This document shows, piece after piece, positions 19,740-29,191 of a DNA stretch of 64,000 nucleotides. Position 1 is the first letter of the stretch; the number at the start of each line of letters is the position of its first letter. Source of the stretch: Acidobacteriota bacterium (GTDB taxonomy: Bacteria; Acidobacteriota; UBA6911); NCBI GenBank assembly GCA_963664705.1, contig OY761556.1:2304001-2368000 (forward strand). The letters are read 5' to 3'. Under the pieces are notes generated by a model. The model was given only the letters and a program-made list of their open reading frames with translations. It was not told the origin of the DNA and did not search any database. Made by a program: the position numbers and the translations under genes.

Positions 19740-20652
19740 GCTATCTGGAAGAAAACCAGCTCTTGCCTCTCATGTATGAGGAGGAAGGCGCCTGGATGGC
19801 AGACCTGTGCTGGGATTACGCTTCGGTCCGGCAGATTCTCTCATCATTTGTGCGCAAGAAACTCCTGCCTGGATACGCGGCCGTAAGCCAAAACGAAGCC
19901 ATCGCCTACACCTATTTCCTGGTGAACCAGACCAAGGGAATCATTGGAGCGATGTATGCATCCAAGCTCAGGTATTCCCAGGAGGCGGTTGACGAACTCA
20001 TCTCTCTGACCGTCGCAAGCCTCAAGGACACGCCGAATATCAAGCGGGTTGAAGCTCAGATTATGCCTTTCAATAACTTGAGCTCACAGCAGCCTTCGTG
20101 CGTCACGGATTCAATTTTTATCCACGCTATTTCCTGGAAATGGATTTACGGAAATATCGTGAGAATCCGGATTCAACGCCCTTCGAGAAGATCATCCCAT
20201 GGTCATCCGCATACCTGATGCAAGCTGCAGAAATGAGCCTGCTCAGTTACCGCAATCAGACGGATGCCGAGATTTGCGAAGACTACTCAACCCGGGACGG
20301 CTGCGAAAGCTATCTACGCAGCCTTGTGGAAAACCCCGGTTGCGGCGTTTTTATGCCCGAAACATCGTTCATGGCATTGGACAGACAAGGCGCCCTGTGC
20401 GGATTTCTCATCTGCTCACGGATTTCATCCGGCGCAGCCATGGTCCCCCAGATCGCAGTGCACCCCTCCTATCAGGGCCGCGGCGTGGGAAATACGCTCA
20501 TGGATTATTCGGTCGAACAACTCAAAACGCTGGGATTCCGCAGCATCAGCCTCACCGTCACCAAGAAAAATCGCCGTGCCTTCGAATGGTATCAGCGCCT
20601 GGGATTCCGGATCCGAAAGGACTTCGGGGCCTACGTCTGGCAGAGAATCTAA
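19712..20652 (+). pseudogene. Tandem GNAT acetyltransferase interrupted by a 1-nt frameshift at ~20077 (pseudogene or sequencing error)
   Basis: The ORF from 19712 loses sense after MPFNN; the -1 frame continues LELTAAFVRHGF...QIAVHPSYQGRGVG...AFEWYQRLGF. Confidence 0.75.
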
Positions 20653-20747
20653 TTTCGAATTATGAATGATGCATGGACACATTCGTTCGGGCTATGCACG
20701 CCGTGCGTGCCGCTCCATTCGAAATTCGTCATTCGTCATTCGTAATT
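20651..20747. repeat. Inverted arrays of heptamer repeats (CATTCGT/ACGAATG type)
   Basis: AATTTCG-AATTATG-AATGATG ... CATTCGA-AATTCGT-CATTCGT-CATTCGT-AATT between convergent genes. Confidence 0.6.
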
Positions 20748-21563
20748 TTATTTGGGTTCTACTGCCGCAGCTGCGGGATTGAGGACCACCAAATCGACGC
20801 GACGATTACGGGCCTTCCCCTCCGGTGTATCGTTTGGAGCGGTTGGATGGTATTCGCCATAGCCGGCGGCTGAAAGCTGTTCAGGCGAGAAACCAAGACC
20901 ATCGATCAGGTAGGAAATCATTACGGTGGCCCTGGCGGTAGAAAGCTCCCAGTTCGAGGGGAATTTGGAATTGCGGATCGGCACATTATCGGTATGACCT
21001 TCGATTCGCATCTGGTTGCCCAAATTCACCAGAGCTCCGGCAATATTCAGGAGTAGTGCCTTACCTTCGGGTTTGATCTGTTCGGAGCCGGAATCGAAGA
21101 TCCCCGCTTCTCCAAGGGTAATAATCAAGCCGCGCGCATCAATGTGCAGTTTTACTCTGTCCTTGAGGAGTTCAGAATTCAGCATGGTTTCGATATGCTT
21201 TTTAAGCTGGGTCAGGCCTTCTCCGTTCAGCGTTTCCTTCTTCGTATAAGCGCCTGCGCTGCGCAAACGCTGCAGCTCTTTCAGCTTGTCACCGCGCAGA
21301 TCCACGCTCTTCAGCAGCTCGCGTGAAGTGGGATTATCTCCGGTCCCCGGATTCAAGGTCAGGGTGGAGCTTCCACCGGCAAACAGGTTGCTGTCAAAGG
21401 AAGCCTTCATGGAAGTGACCATCTTGCCGTACTTCTGGGCATCCACGGTCGAAATTGCATACAGCGTGGTGAAAAATGCAAACAGCAAAGTGATGAAATC
21501 GGCGTACGACACCAGCCACCGTTCGCTGCCGCCCTCTTCTTCCTCGTGCTTTTTCTTTCTCAC
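20748..21563 (-). CDS. motB: Flagellar stator MotB
   Basis: ERWLVSYADFITLLFAFF, OmpA-like IEGHTD..NWELSTARA..RNRRV; GTG directly after the motA stop. Confidence 0.95.
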   Translation of the reverse strand: MRKKKHEEEEGGSERWLVSYADFITLLFAFFTTLYAISTVDAQKYGKMVTSMKASFDSNLFAGGSSTLTLNPGTGDNPTSRELLKSVDLRGDKLKELQRLRSAGAYTKKETLNGEGLTQLKKHIETMLNSELLKDRVKLHIDARGLIITLGEAGIFDSGSEQIKPEGKALLLNIAGALVNLGNQMRIEGHTDNVPIRNSKFPSNWELSTARATVMISYLIDGLGFSPEQLSAAGYGEYHPTAPNDTPEGKARNRRVDLVVLNPAAAAVEPK

Positions 21564-21564
21564 C

Positions 21565-22395
21565 TTACGCAGCCCTCTTTTGAGCAGCCCCACCGTCAGG
21601 CTTTTCTTCCTGTTCTTTGCGGCTCAGATAACTCTTCAGCTTGTCTTCTATCAGTCGCGGATTCTCGCCTTCAAGAATGGAGATCACGCCCACAAGCATG
21701 ATTTCCTTTGCAACCATATGCTCTTTCGACTTCAGCTTCAGCTTTCCGGACATGGGTAAAAAGAGAAGGTTGGCTGAACCGACACCATAAACCGTAGCGA
21801 CAAAGGCTACGGCAATCCCGCTCCCCAGTTTGCTTGGATCCGACAGATTCTCCATCACATGGATTAGGCCCAGAACGGCGCCCAGAATTCCAACAGTGGG
21901 CGCATATCCACCGGCCGCCTGCCAAAACTTGATCGGTTGTTCGGCCTCTTCTTCCAGGTTTGAAATCTCGAGTTCCATGGTTTCACGAAGCACTTTGGGT
22001 TCTACCCCATCCATTGCCATGGTGAGCGCTTTCTTGAGAAATGGATCGGAGATTTTCTGCGTATCCGATTCCAGCGAGATGACCCCCTCTTTTCTTGCCT
22101 TATTGGCAAGGCGAATGATCTCCTGGATTACTTCCCGGTTGTTGACCTTCGGATCCAGAAAGACCTGCACAACGGTCTTTATGCTCGCAATTGCAACGGA
22201 AAGCTGGAACTGCAGCAGGCATGCGCCCAGTGTTCCGCCCCACACAATAATGGCTGCGGTTGGCTGCATAATGGAACCGATGCTGCCGCCTTCAATCGCC
22301 TGTCCACCCAAAATGGCGACCCCGGCAATCAGCAGTCCCAAAAACGAAGCCAGATCAATCGACTTCTTGCCCGCGCTCCCTGAGTTGTCGCTCAT
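21565..22395 (-). CDS. motA: Flagellar stator MotA
   Basis: ARKEGVISLE, GGYAPTVGILGAVLGLI, AFVATVYG, EGENPR. Confidence 0.95.
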   Translation of the reverse strand: MSDNSGSAGKKSIDLASFLGLLIAGVAILGGQAIEGGSIGSIMQPTAAIIVWGGTLGACLLQFQLSVAIASIKTVVQVFLDPKVNNREVIQEIIRLANKARKEGVISLESDTQKISDPFLKKALTMAMDGVEPKVLRETMELEISNLEEEAEQPIKFWQAAGGYAPTVGILGAVLGLIHVMENLSDPSKLGSGIAVAFVATVYGVGSANLLFLPMSGKLKLKSKEHMVAKEIMLVGVISILEGENPRLIEDKLKSYLSRKEQEEKPDGGAAQKRAA

Positions 22396-22591
22396 ATTCT
22401 ACGTTTATCAATCCGGAAATCAGGCGTCGATAATGCACAATCTTCTGGATGATCGATGACATGCTTTCTGTAACCACGACCTTTTCGCTGTTGGTCATGG
22501 TGAGCACCGTATCCGGAGTCTCTTCGATATATTGAATGAGATCCGCGTTTACGGCGATCGGCGCCTTGTTTATCTTAGTCAGTAGTATCAT
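22355..22591 (-). CDS. flbD: Flagellar FlbD/SwrD family protein
   Basis: MILLTKIN..IAVNADLIQYIEETPDTVLTM; located upstream of motA. Confidence 0.88.
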   Translation of the reverse strand: MILLTKINKAPIAVNADLIQYIEETPDTVLTMTNSEKVVVTESMSSIIQKIVHYRRLISGLINVEYERQLRERGQEVD

Positions 22592-22622
22592 GCCGTTATT
22601 CGGGCTATACCGCCCTCGTCAT

Positions 22623-22650
22623 ATATCGTCAGGACAGGCTCTATCCCTTA
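22623..22650 (-). promoter_or_regulatory. Putative sigma28 promoter of flbD-motAB
   Basis: TAAG-N16-GACGATAT on the minus strand. Confidence 0.65.
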
Positions 22651-23363
22651 GTTTCTCTCTCCTGAAACATGCCAAGCGCAAAGGGAATATAATCGCTCAG
22701 CGGCAGCGGACTATCGCCTTCCGGCAGACAGCCCAACAAAAGGCTCATCGAAGCAAAATCATCGGGAGTGTCAACCGTGACCCGTATCTGCGGATATCGC
22801 AAACTTTCCGGAGCCGCCAGGAAGGAGACCCTGAATTTTTCGGGATTTTCCTTGATGTGCAAAGTAACGTGTTCCCGATGCGGCGGAGCCACGGCCATTT
22901 CGTGGGATCTGGCCAAAGCCTGCGCCCTGCAGGCTTCCGTGGCGGCGCCATAAGGAAGGTCCGTCTCCACACAGTAATCGAGATGCTCCAGGCGGAGCTG
23001 GCGAATGATGCGGGAAGCTGACCCGATGTCGATTAAGGGATTATCGGCTGTTGCCCGAATGATGATCTCCGGCCTAAATTGCCGCGAGGCTTCATGGAAT
23101 CTGCTCAAAACATCCGATTCCGCACCCCGGAAGACCAAAACTCCCAGACGGCTGGCTTCTTCGGCAACGCAGTCATCCTGGGAAAGGGATGTGGTGAGAA
23201 CGGCTACTGCGTCAATTTCCGGGACTGCCCGCAGTCGTGAAACAGCCCTTTCAAGAATGGATTTTCCCTGTATCGGCTTCAGCACCTTCCCAGGCAATCG
23301 CGTACTTCCCATCCTCGCCTGAAGGAATGCCATAACGTCATACGAGCCGGCTTGATCGGACAT
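22641..23363 (-). CDS. Cytidylyltransferase, SpsF/PseF-like
   Basis: QARMGSTRLPGKVL, RATADNPL, REHVT, RVTVDTPDD. Confidence 0.88.
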   Translation of the reverse strand: MSDQAGSYDVMAFLQARMGSTRLPGKVLKPIQGKSILERAVSRLRAVPEIDAVAVLTTSLSQDDCVAEEASRLGVLVFRGAESDVLSRFHEASRQFRPEIIIRATADNPLIDIGSASRIIRQLRLEHLDYCVETDLPYGAATEACRAQALARSHEMAVAPPHREHVTLHIKENPEKFRVSFLAAPESLRYPQIRVTVDTPDDFASMSLLLGCLPEGDSPLPLSDYIPFALGMFQERETKG

Positions 23364-24557
23364 TCACTTCCCACCCTTCACGGCATCGCGCAAAACCTCG
23401 CACACAGCGCTTACCTGTTCATAGGTCATACTCGGAAAAAGAGGCACTGTCAGGATGCGCCGTCCCAGGGCTTCAGTGTTTTCCAGGGCATGGCCGTCTC
23501 TCGCAAGACCGCGATAAAAAGAAAACTGGTGAATGGGAGGATAGTGAATGCTGGTCTGAATCCCCTGATCGCGCATAAAGCGCATAACCTCCATGCGCGA
23601 AACATTTTCACCAAGAACAACCGTCATCAGATGGCAGGCAGGATCCCCGCCATAGTTAGCAAATGGAACGGCCCAATTTTCATCCGCCCCGAGAATTTCC
23701 CGATACCATCGCACGCGCTCTCTTCGAAGGCGGTTCCAGTGATCCAACGACTGCAGTTGGACATGCAGCAGCGCCGCCCGGAGGTCATCCATGCGATAAT
23801 TGAAGCCCGGCAGGCTGACATCGTAGGAAAAGGAATGTCCCTGGAAACGATGCCATGTCAACGAATCCATGCCATGAGATCGAAGCAGACGAAGCTTTTT
23901 AGCAAGATCTTCGTTGTCCGTTACAAGGAGCCCTCCTTCGGCACAGGTGAGATTTTTATTCCCGAAGAAACTGAAGCAACCGATGTCGCCCCAGCAACCG
24001 CACTGTTTCCCGTTCCATGTTGCTCCGGGTGAGTGGGCAGCATCCTCCACGATCCACAGACCGTGACGGCGTGCAACATCCGCGATAGCGTCCATATCGC
24101 AGGCATAGCCCCCATAGTGCATCGGGCAAATGCAGCGCGTCTTCGGCGTTATTGCCTTTTCAATCGTTTCCGCGGAAACAAGGGGGATTTCAAGAGAGTG
24201 CACATCCGCAAACCGGGGAACGGCACCTGTATGCAAAATCGTATTTGCCGCAGCCACGAAGGTAAGCGACGGAGTGATCACCTCGTCGCCAGCGGCGATT
24301 CCCAGGGCTACAAACGCAAGATGAAGCGCTGCAGTCCCATTGGCAACTGCAATGGCATGCCGAACGCCCATCCGACTTTCAAAAGCTCTTTCCAGTGCAT
24401 CAACTTCCGGCCCGCTCGTCCACCAGCCGGAACGGAGAACCGCCGTTATCCTTTGGACCTCGTCTTCCGACCAGTTCAACTCGGATAGCGGAACCCGCCA
24501 CTCATGCGACTTGGAATTCTGCAGCCCTGGAGCTGTATTCCATTTGGGCAAGCTCAT
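23364..24557 (-). CDS. DegT/DnrJ/EryC1/StrS PLP sugar aminotransferase (PseC/LegC-like)
   Basis: AVANGTAALHL, EDAAHS, FSFFGNKNL.CAEGG, GFNYRM; start uncertain (see findings). Confidence 0.92.
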   Translation of the reverse strand: MSLPKWNTAPGLQNSKSHEWRVPLSELNWSEDEVQRITAVLRSGWWTSGPEVDALERAFESRMGVRHAIAVANGTAALHLAFVALGIAAGDEVITPSLTFVAAANTILHTGAVPRFADVHSLEIPLVSAETIEKAITPKTRCICPMHYGGYACDMDAIADVARRHGLWIVEDAAHSPGATWNGKQCGCWGDIGCFSFFGNKNLTCAEGGLLVTDNEDLAKKLRLLRSHGMDSLTWHRFQGHSFSYDVSLPGFNYRMDDLRAALLHVQLQSLDHWNRLRRERVRWYREILGADENWAVPFANYGGDPACHLMTVVLGENVSRMEVMRFMRDQGIQTSIHYPPIHQFSFYRGLARDGHALENTEALGRRILTVPLFPSMTYEQVSAVCEVLRDAVKGGK

Positions 24558-25218
24558 AATCCTCGCGCCGTCCTATATCGAGCCAATAATCGTGTGAATG
24601 ATATCCTGCGATCTTCTCGCCCTTTTGCAGCAGAGTTTTGACCAGTTCCGGAAAATCAAGGTACTGTCCTTTGGGGATATACCTCAGCACGTGCGGCTCA
24701 TAAACGTACACGCCCATGCTGACCTTGAAGCTGTAAACCGGCTTTTCATCGTACGCGATCAATTCGCCGGTCTCATTGGTGTTTAACACGCCGAGATCGA
24801 TTTTGACGTCTTTCTGGTGCATCGCAATGGTCAACGCGGCGCGCTGAGTTTTGTGATGTCTGACAAGATCCTGATAATCAAGCGTGGTAAGTATGTCGCC
24901 ATTCATAACCAGAAACGTATCATTGAGTCCCGGAATCATCGACAGGGAGCCGGCCGTGCCTAAAGGCTGCTTTTCCCTGAAATACTCAAGACTGATCAAT
25001 CCCGGAATATTCCGATGCCCATTTTGGAAATAGGCTTCTATCAATTCCCCCAGATGTCCCACGGACAGCAGAATGTCGCCAAAGCCCTGCCGGGTCAGTT
25101 GACGAATGATGATCTCCAGGATGGGGCGATCACCGATCGGCACTAGCGGCTTCGGAAATATGGTGGTGTAAGGAGCCAACCGGGTTCCCTTTCCACCCGC
25201 CAGGATCACAGTTTGCAT
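24502..25218 (-). CDS. Sugar-phosphate nucleotidyltransferase
   Basis: VILAGGKGTRLAPYT..PKPL, PLGTAGSL, MNGDIL, WLDIG. Confidence 0.9.
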   Translation of the reverse strand: MQTVILAGGKGTRLAPYTTIFPKPLVPIGDRPILEIIIRQLTRQGFGDILLSVGHLGELIEAYFQNGHRNIPGLISLEYFREKQPLGTAGSLSMIPGLNDTFLVMNGDILTTLDYQDLVRHHKTQRAALTIAMHQKDVKIDLGVLNTNETGELIAYDEKPVYSFKVSMGVYVYEPHVLRYIPKGQYLDFPELVKTLLQKGEKIAGYHSHDYWLDIGRREDYELAQMEYSSRAAEFQVA

Positions 25219-25263
25219 AGGGTCACCGAAAATCCGGAACAAATGGTTAAAAACTAGACTGCA

Positions 25264-26265
25264 CTAATTCCGCGCCACAGCCTTCCGCTCTTCCCTGGCG
25301 GCATCAACAGGAAGAAAAACAGCCGACTCATAGCACGCCATGATGAGTCCGTCCGTAAACTTCCCGATGCATGGGCGCACACGCCTTCCCCGGCGCAGCT
25401 CAATAAGCCATAGCGGGAAATCGGCGCCGGCGGCAATCGTAAGCGGAATCCCGCCGGAAAAACGAGGATTCACCTCAAAAATCGTCGCTTTTTCGCCATC
25501 GACCTTCATCTGGATGTTCGCCGGACCTCGGATTTCAAGAGCCTGCGCGGCTCTAACGGCCAGGTCAATCATGCGCGGACTATTGACGGTCTGTCCTCTG
25601 TCTGTAACACCGGACCGGATCACCATGCGTTCTCTCGGAACAGCACTGATCGCTTTCCCCGAAAAATCAACCAGGAGGTCCACGGTATATTCTTTCCCGC
25701 TCAGAAATTCCTGAACCACCGGGTCCGGGACATATTCGAGGAAGAATTTGAGCTCCCGCTCATCCTTTATGGTGTAGGCACCCACGCTCCCGCGTCCGCT
25801 GCGCGGCTTCAAAAACAGGGGGTACTGGAGCTTCGCATCCTTCAATTGCCCAGGCATCCAGGTACGGGCAAATGGAATACCGCGCGATGAAAGGAAACAG
25901 GCTGTCTCGTATTTGTCGTTACAGATCAGGTTTGTTTTTTCCCCTGAGACAGCGACGCGAATGCCGGTAGCAAGAAATTCCTCGGCATGCCTTCCGAAAA
26001 GCGGCAGCTCGTCATCAATCGTAGGAATCAGCAAATGGATACGCTCACGAAAACAGATCGATTTGATGATTGGTATGTACTGCGGATCAGTAGTCAGCGG
26101 CACAATATAGTGCTTGGATCCGAAATACAGACCCGGGCTCAAACGACTCATGTCCGTTGTGATCACATTACCCTTCAAGCCAAGCCGTTTCAGTGCCTGG
26201 CCAAATCCCTGTATCAACGGAACACGACGGCTCGCGGCCGTAATCAGAATGTTCATTTCACGCAT
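25264..26265 (-). CDS. ATP-grasp protein (PylC/carbamoyl-phosphate-synthase-like small family)
   Basis: MNILITAASRR, CNDKY, LKPRSGRGS, VQEFL.GKEYTVD, FEVNPRFSGG. Confidence 0.85.
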   Translation of the reverse strand: MREMNILITAASRRVPLIQGFGQALKRLGLKGNVITTDMSRLSPGLYFGSKHYIVPLTTDPQYIPIIKSICFRERIHLLIPTIDDELPLFGRHAEEFLATGIRVAVSGEKTNLICNDKYETACFLSSRGIPFARTWMPGQLKDAKLQYPLFLKPRSGRGSVGAYTIKDERELKFFLEYVPDPVVQEFLSGKEYTVDLLVDFSGKAISAVPRERMVIRSGVTDRGQTVNSPRMIDLAVRAAQALEIRGPANIQMKVDGEKATIFEVNPRFSGGIPLTIAAGADFPLWLIELRRGRRVRPCIGKFTDGLIMACYESAVFLPVDAAREERKAVARN

Positions 26266-27400
26266 GGCGTCTTCTCCGGGCATGAATTTCCTGCGTCTCC
26301 ACACCCCGCTCCATTTTTCTTAAATTATCGGATTCTGTTTGTGATTGACTGGTGGGTTCCAGATCCTCCCATTGCAGGATTGTGTCCTTCCCTATATTCC
26401 GGCGGGCTTTCATACCGATGAGTTTGTCCCAATAGCGGGGCTCCAGTCCGCTTCCGGGGCGTTTGCAGGTCAACATCGTCGCGGTAATGCTCTGCTGCGC
26501 TCGAATATCGGCGGCAGCGACAATACTTCGGCGTCCGAACAACCGGCTCGCCTCTTCTACATCTGAAGGTTTCTTCCTTCCATCTCCCAGCCCGGCTTCC
26601 ACTTCCCTGAGGCTTTGGACCAGCAGCTTCAGATCCCTGGGATCCATGCTGGCTCTGTGATCCGGACCAGGCGCATTTTTATCAAGAGTAAAGTGCTTCT
26701 CTATCAGAACCGCACCTAAAGCCACTGAAACCAACGGCAGGGTAATTCCCTCACTGTGGTCCGACAGGCCCACGGGCAATTCGAAGTAGGATTCCAGGGT
26801 TCGGATTGCACGAAGGTTCATCTGGTGCGCGGCCGCCGGATAAGCGGACACGCAGTGCATCAGGAGAATTTCCTGCGCGCCGGAGGATCGTAGATTATAG
26901 ACGGCATCGGCCACTTCACTGAGAAACGACATCCCGGTTGAAAGCAGAACGGGCTTGCCTTTCGAGGCGACGTGGCGCAGCAGCGGAACATGGGTTAAAT
27001 CCGCAGAGGCTATCTTGAACGCCGGCACGCCGATCGAGTCGAGGAAATCAACGCTTTCTTCATCAAATGGAGTGGAGAAGAAAATGATCCCCCGCTGATC
27101 GGCATATTTTTTCAGATGTTCCTGGTCTTTCCAGCTCAATTCCAGGCGGCTCAGCATTTGATACGCAGATTCGGATCCATCCGCCTGCTGTGCATAACGG
27201 TCGCTGGATGCGATGAGCAGCCGGTCCACTCGATAGCTCTGAAATTTTACGGCATCTGCGCCGGAATCCACCGCGGCATCAATGAGCTTTTCAGCCTGTT
27301 GAACACTGCCGTCATGATTGATCCCGATTTCTGCAACAACAAAAACTCCGGATGTCGAACCGATTACCCTTTGACCAATCAAAATATCCGTCTCTTTCAT
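26258..27400 (-). CDS. Nonulosonic acid synthase (NeuB/PseI/LegI family) with SAF domain
   Basis: AEIGINHDGS, GADAVKFQ, FKIASADL, HCVSAYP, GLSDHS, IEKHFTLD, KRPGSGL. Confidence 0.93.
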   Translation of the reverse strand: MKETDILIGQRVIGSTSGVFVVAEIGINHDGSVQQAEKLIDAAVDSGADAVKFQSYRVDRLLIASSDRYAQQADGSESAYQMLSRLELSWKDQEHLKKYADQRGIIFFSTPFDEESVDFLDSIGVPAFKIASADLTHVPLLRHVASKGKPVLLSTGMSFLSEVADAVYNLRSSGAQEILLMHCVSAYPAAAHQMNLRAIRTLESYFELPVGLSDHSEGITLPLVSVALGAVLIEKHFTLDKNAPGPDHRASMDPRDLKLLVQSLREVEAGLGDGRKKPSDVEEASRLFGRRSIVAAADIRAQQSITATMLTCKRPGSGLEPRYWDKLIGMKARRNIGKDTILQWEDLEPTSQSQTESDNLRKMERGVETQEIHARRRRHA

Positions 27401-27412
27401 CTCCGTCCAACC

Positions 27413-28090
27413 TCAATTGATCTGCTGCAAAATTTGTGGCAACTCGTGCAATGTATCGATAACAAACTCCGGCGCTTCCTGATTCGTGACGCGTATCTGA
27501 TCCTCACTCCATGAACGACTGCGTATCTGGACAGCGCGCATCCCGATCCCATGGGCGCCCCGGCAGTCCTTCTCCGGATTGTCCCCAACAAAAATAGCCG
27601 TGTCCGGACTCACGTTCAGATTTTCCAGCATCATCGAAAACGATATCGGATGAGGCTTCTGCTTTTCGGAACCGTATTCCCATGTATAGATGATGTGGTC
27701 GCAGACATCCCGCAATCCGAGCGCCAGGACCTTTCGCCTCTGCACCTCGGGTAAACCGTCCGTAATGATTCCAAGCTTGTGAGAGCGATGAAGCCGCTCC
27801 AACAATTGCAGATACCCCGGCAGCAGCTCGATCGATGGCGTGTGCTTTCGATAAATCTCGACCAGTTCCGTAATGGATAGGGAGACCGCAGTCAACCTCT
27901 CCAACAGAACCGGAAAAACCATTTGTCTCCCTGACATTTCCAATGTCCTGGCCATGGTGGCAAAGGCTGCCTCAAACTCACAGCAACCCATGCTTTCCAG
28001 ATGCCGCGCCACAGCTCTATAGCCGCTTTTCACATAATCCTTTTCGATGTACAACGTATCGTCCAGATCAAAGACCAAGGCTTGCAGCAT
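27413..28090 (-). CDS. HAD family hydrolase
   Basis: VFDLDDTLY, GIITDG, KPHP, FVGDNPEKD; SD GGGAGG. Confidence 0.88.
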   Translation of the reverse strand: MLQALVFDLDDTLYIEKDYVKSGYRAVARHLESMGCCEFEAAFATMARTLEMSGRQMVFPVLLERLTAVSLSITELVEIYRKHTPSIELLPGYLQLLERLHRSHKLGIITDGLPEVQRRKVLALGLRDVCDHIIYTWEYGSEKQKPHPISFSMMLENLNVSPDTAIFVGDNPEKDCRGAHGIGMRAVQIRSRSWSEDQIRVTNQEAPEFVIDTLHELPQILQQIN

Positions 28091-29165
28091 TGGCCCTCCC
28101 ATCGGATGCGCATGCATCGCACTGGATTGTCTGCCTGATAATCTGGGCAACGCGATCCGCACCACAACCGTCCACTAATCCTCGTCCCTGTGCTGACAAT
28201 TTCGTTCTTTTGCCGATATCGGAATTCAGCGATGCCATAGATCGCGAAAGGCGGACCGGATCCAATTCATCGCCCAAACCCAAATCGATGCAGGCACCTT
28301 TGGCCGCAAGAGTGGTAATGGTTCGCTGCTGCAGATCGTCATAGGAAAGAGCCGCAAGAGGAGTTCCTGAGGATAACGCTTCGTATGCGGAAAGCCCTCC
28401 GGCGGTGATTGCAACATCGGATCTGAAAAGAAGCTCCGCCAGCTTTTCCGACTCCCAGCGAAAATGGAGGGGACTCCAGTCGCGTTCAGCCAGTGAGGTC
28501 TGCCCCCAGTCGACAAAACCGGGAATGCCGATCACCTCGAGCTCCTGTCCCCACATTTGCAATCCTTCAAGAACGGTGGGAAAGTATTTGCTGGAGTTCC
28601 CTCCCCCCAGATTCACAAATACAGTTCCGATCTGCTTCCGGATCGGTTTCGGCCTTTTTCTCAAAGCGCGGTAGGCCGGGCCAAGAACCATAAAATCCAT
28701 CCCGCTGAACAGTTTGTGGCTTAAAGGAAAATCCCTGGCGCAGGCCGGAACCACGCTGCCGTCTATGGCAATATCCGAGCCGACCGGACTCAGGCCAAGG
28801 TCATGCATACTGATTACCGGAACACGGTGAGCCCTGGCATCGGAAATCAGAAGATCCAGGCCTTCGGTAATTCGAGTGTCGATCAGGATTCCGGCCGGAA
28901 GTGGCAATAAATCCCAGGCCCTGCCGAGTCCGCTGCAAACAAAGTCCCATCCCTCTTTTGAGATTTCTCCACTCGCAATCTCATCGCCACGGTCCAAAAG
29001 AAACAGCGGCTGGCAGTAGTCCCGAAGAATTTCAGCCAGGGCCAAGCATCTGCGCAGGTGCCCAAAGCCGATTTGCGGTCCGGCAGATGTGCGCACCCAT
29101 AGTGTTGGCATGGGGCGGATAGCTTCCGTTACAACTGTCAGAGTTTTGGCACTACGGCTCATCAT
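28068..29165 (-). CDS. PseG/SpsG-like UDP-sugar hydrolase (GT-B fold)
   Basis: IGFGHLRRCLALA, VNLGGG, AITAGG.SAYEAL, LVDGCGADRV; start may be 29111. Confidence 0.8.
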   Translation of the reverse strand: MMSRSAKTLTVVTEAIRPMPTLWVRTSAGPQIGFGHLRRCLALAEILRDYCQPLFLLDRGDEIASGEISKEGWDFVCSGLGRAWDLLPLPAGILIDTRITEGLDLLISDARAHRVPVISMHDLGLSPVGSDIAIDGSVVPACARDFPLSHKLFSGMDFMVLGPAYRALRKRPKPIRKQIGTVFVNLGGGNSSKYFPTVLEGLQMWGQELEVIGIPGFVDWGQTSLAERDWSPLHFRWESEKLAELLFRSDVAITAGGLSAYEALSSGTPLAALSYDDLQQRTITTLAAKGACIDLGLGDELDPVRLSRSMASLNSDIGKRTKLSAQGRGLVDGCGADRVAQIIRQTIQCDACASDGRANAASLGL

Positions 29166-29191
29166 ATGACAGGCCTTTGACTGCGACTGCC

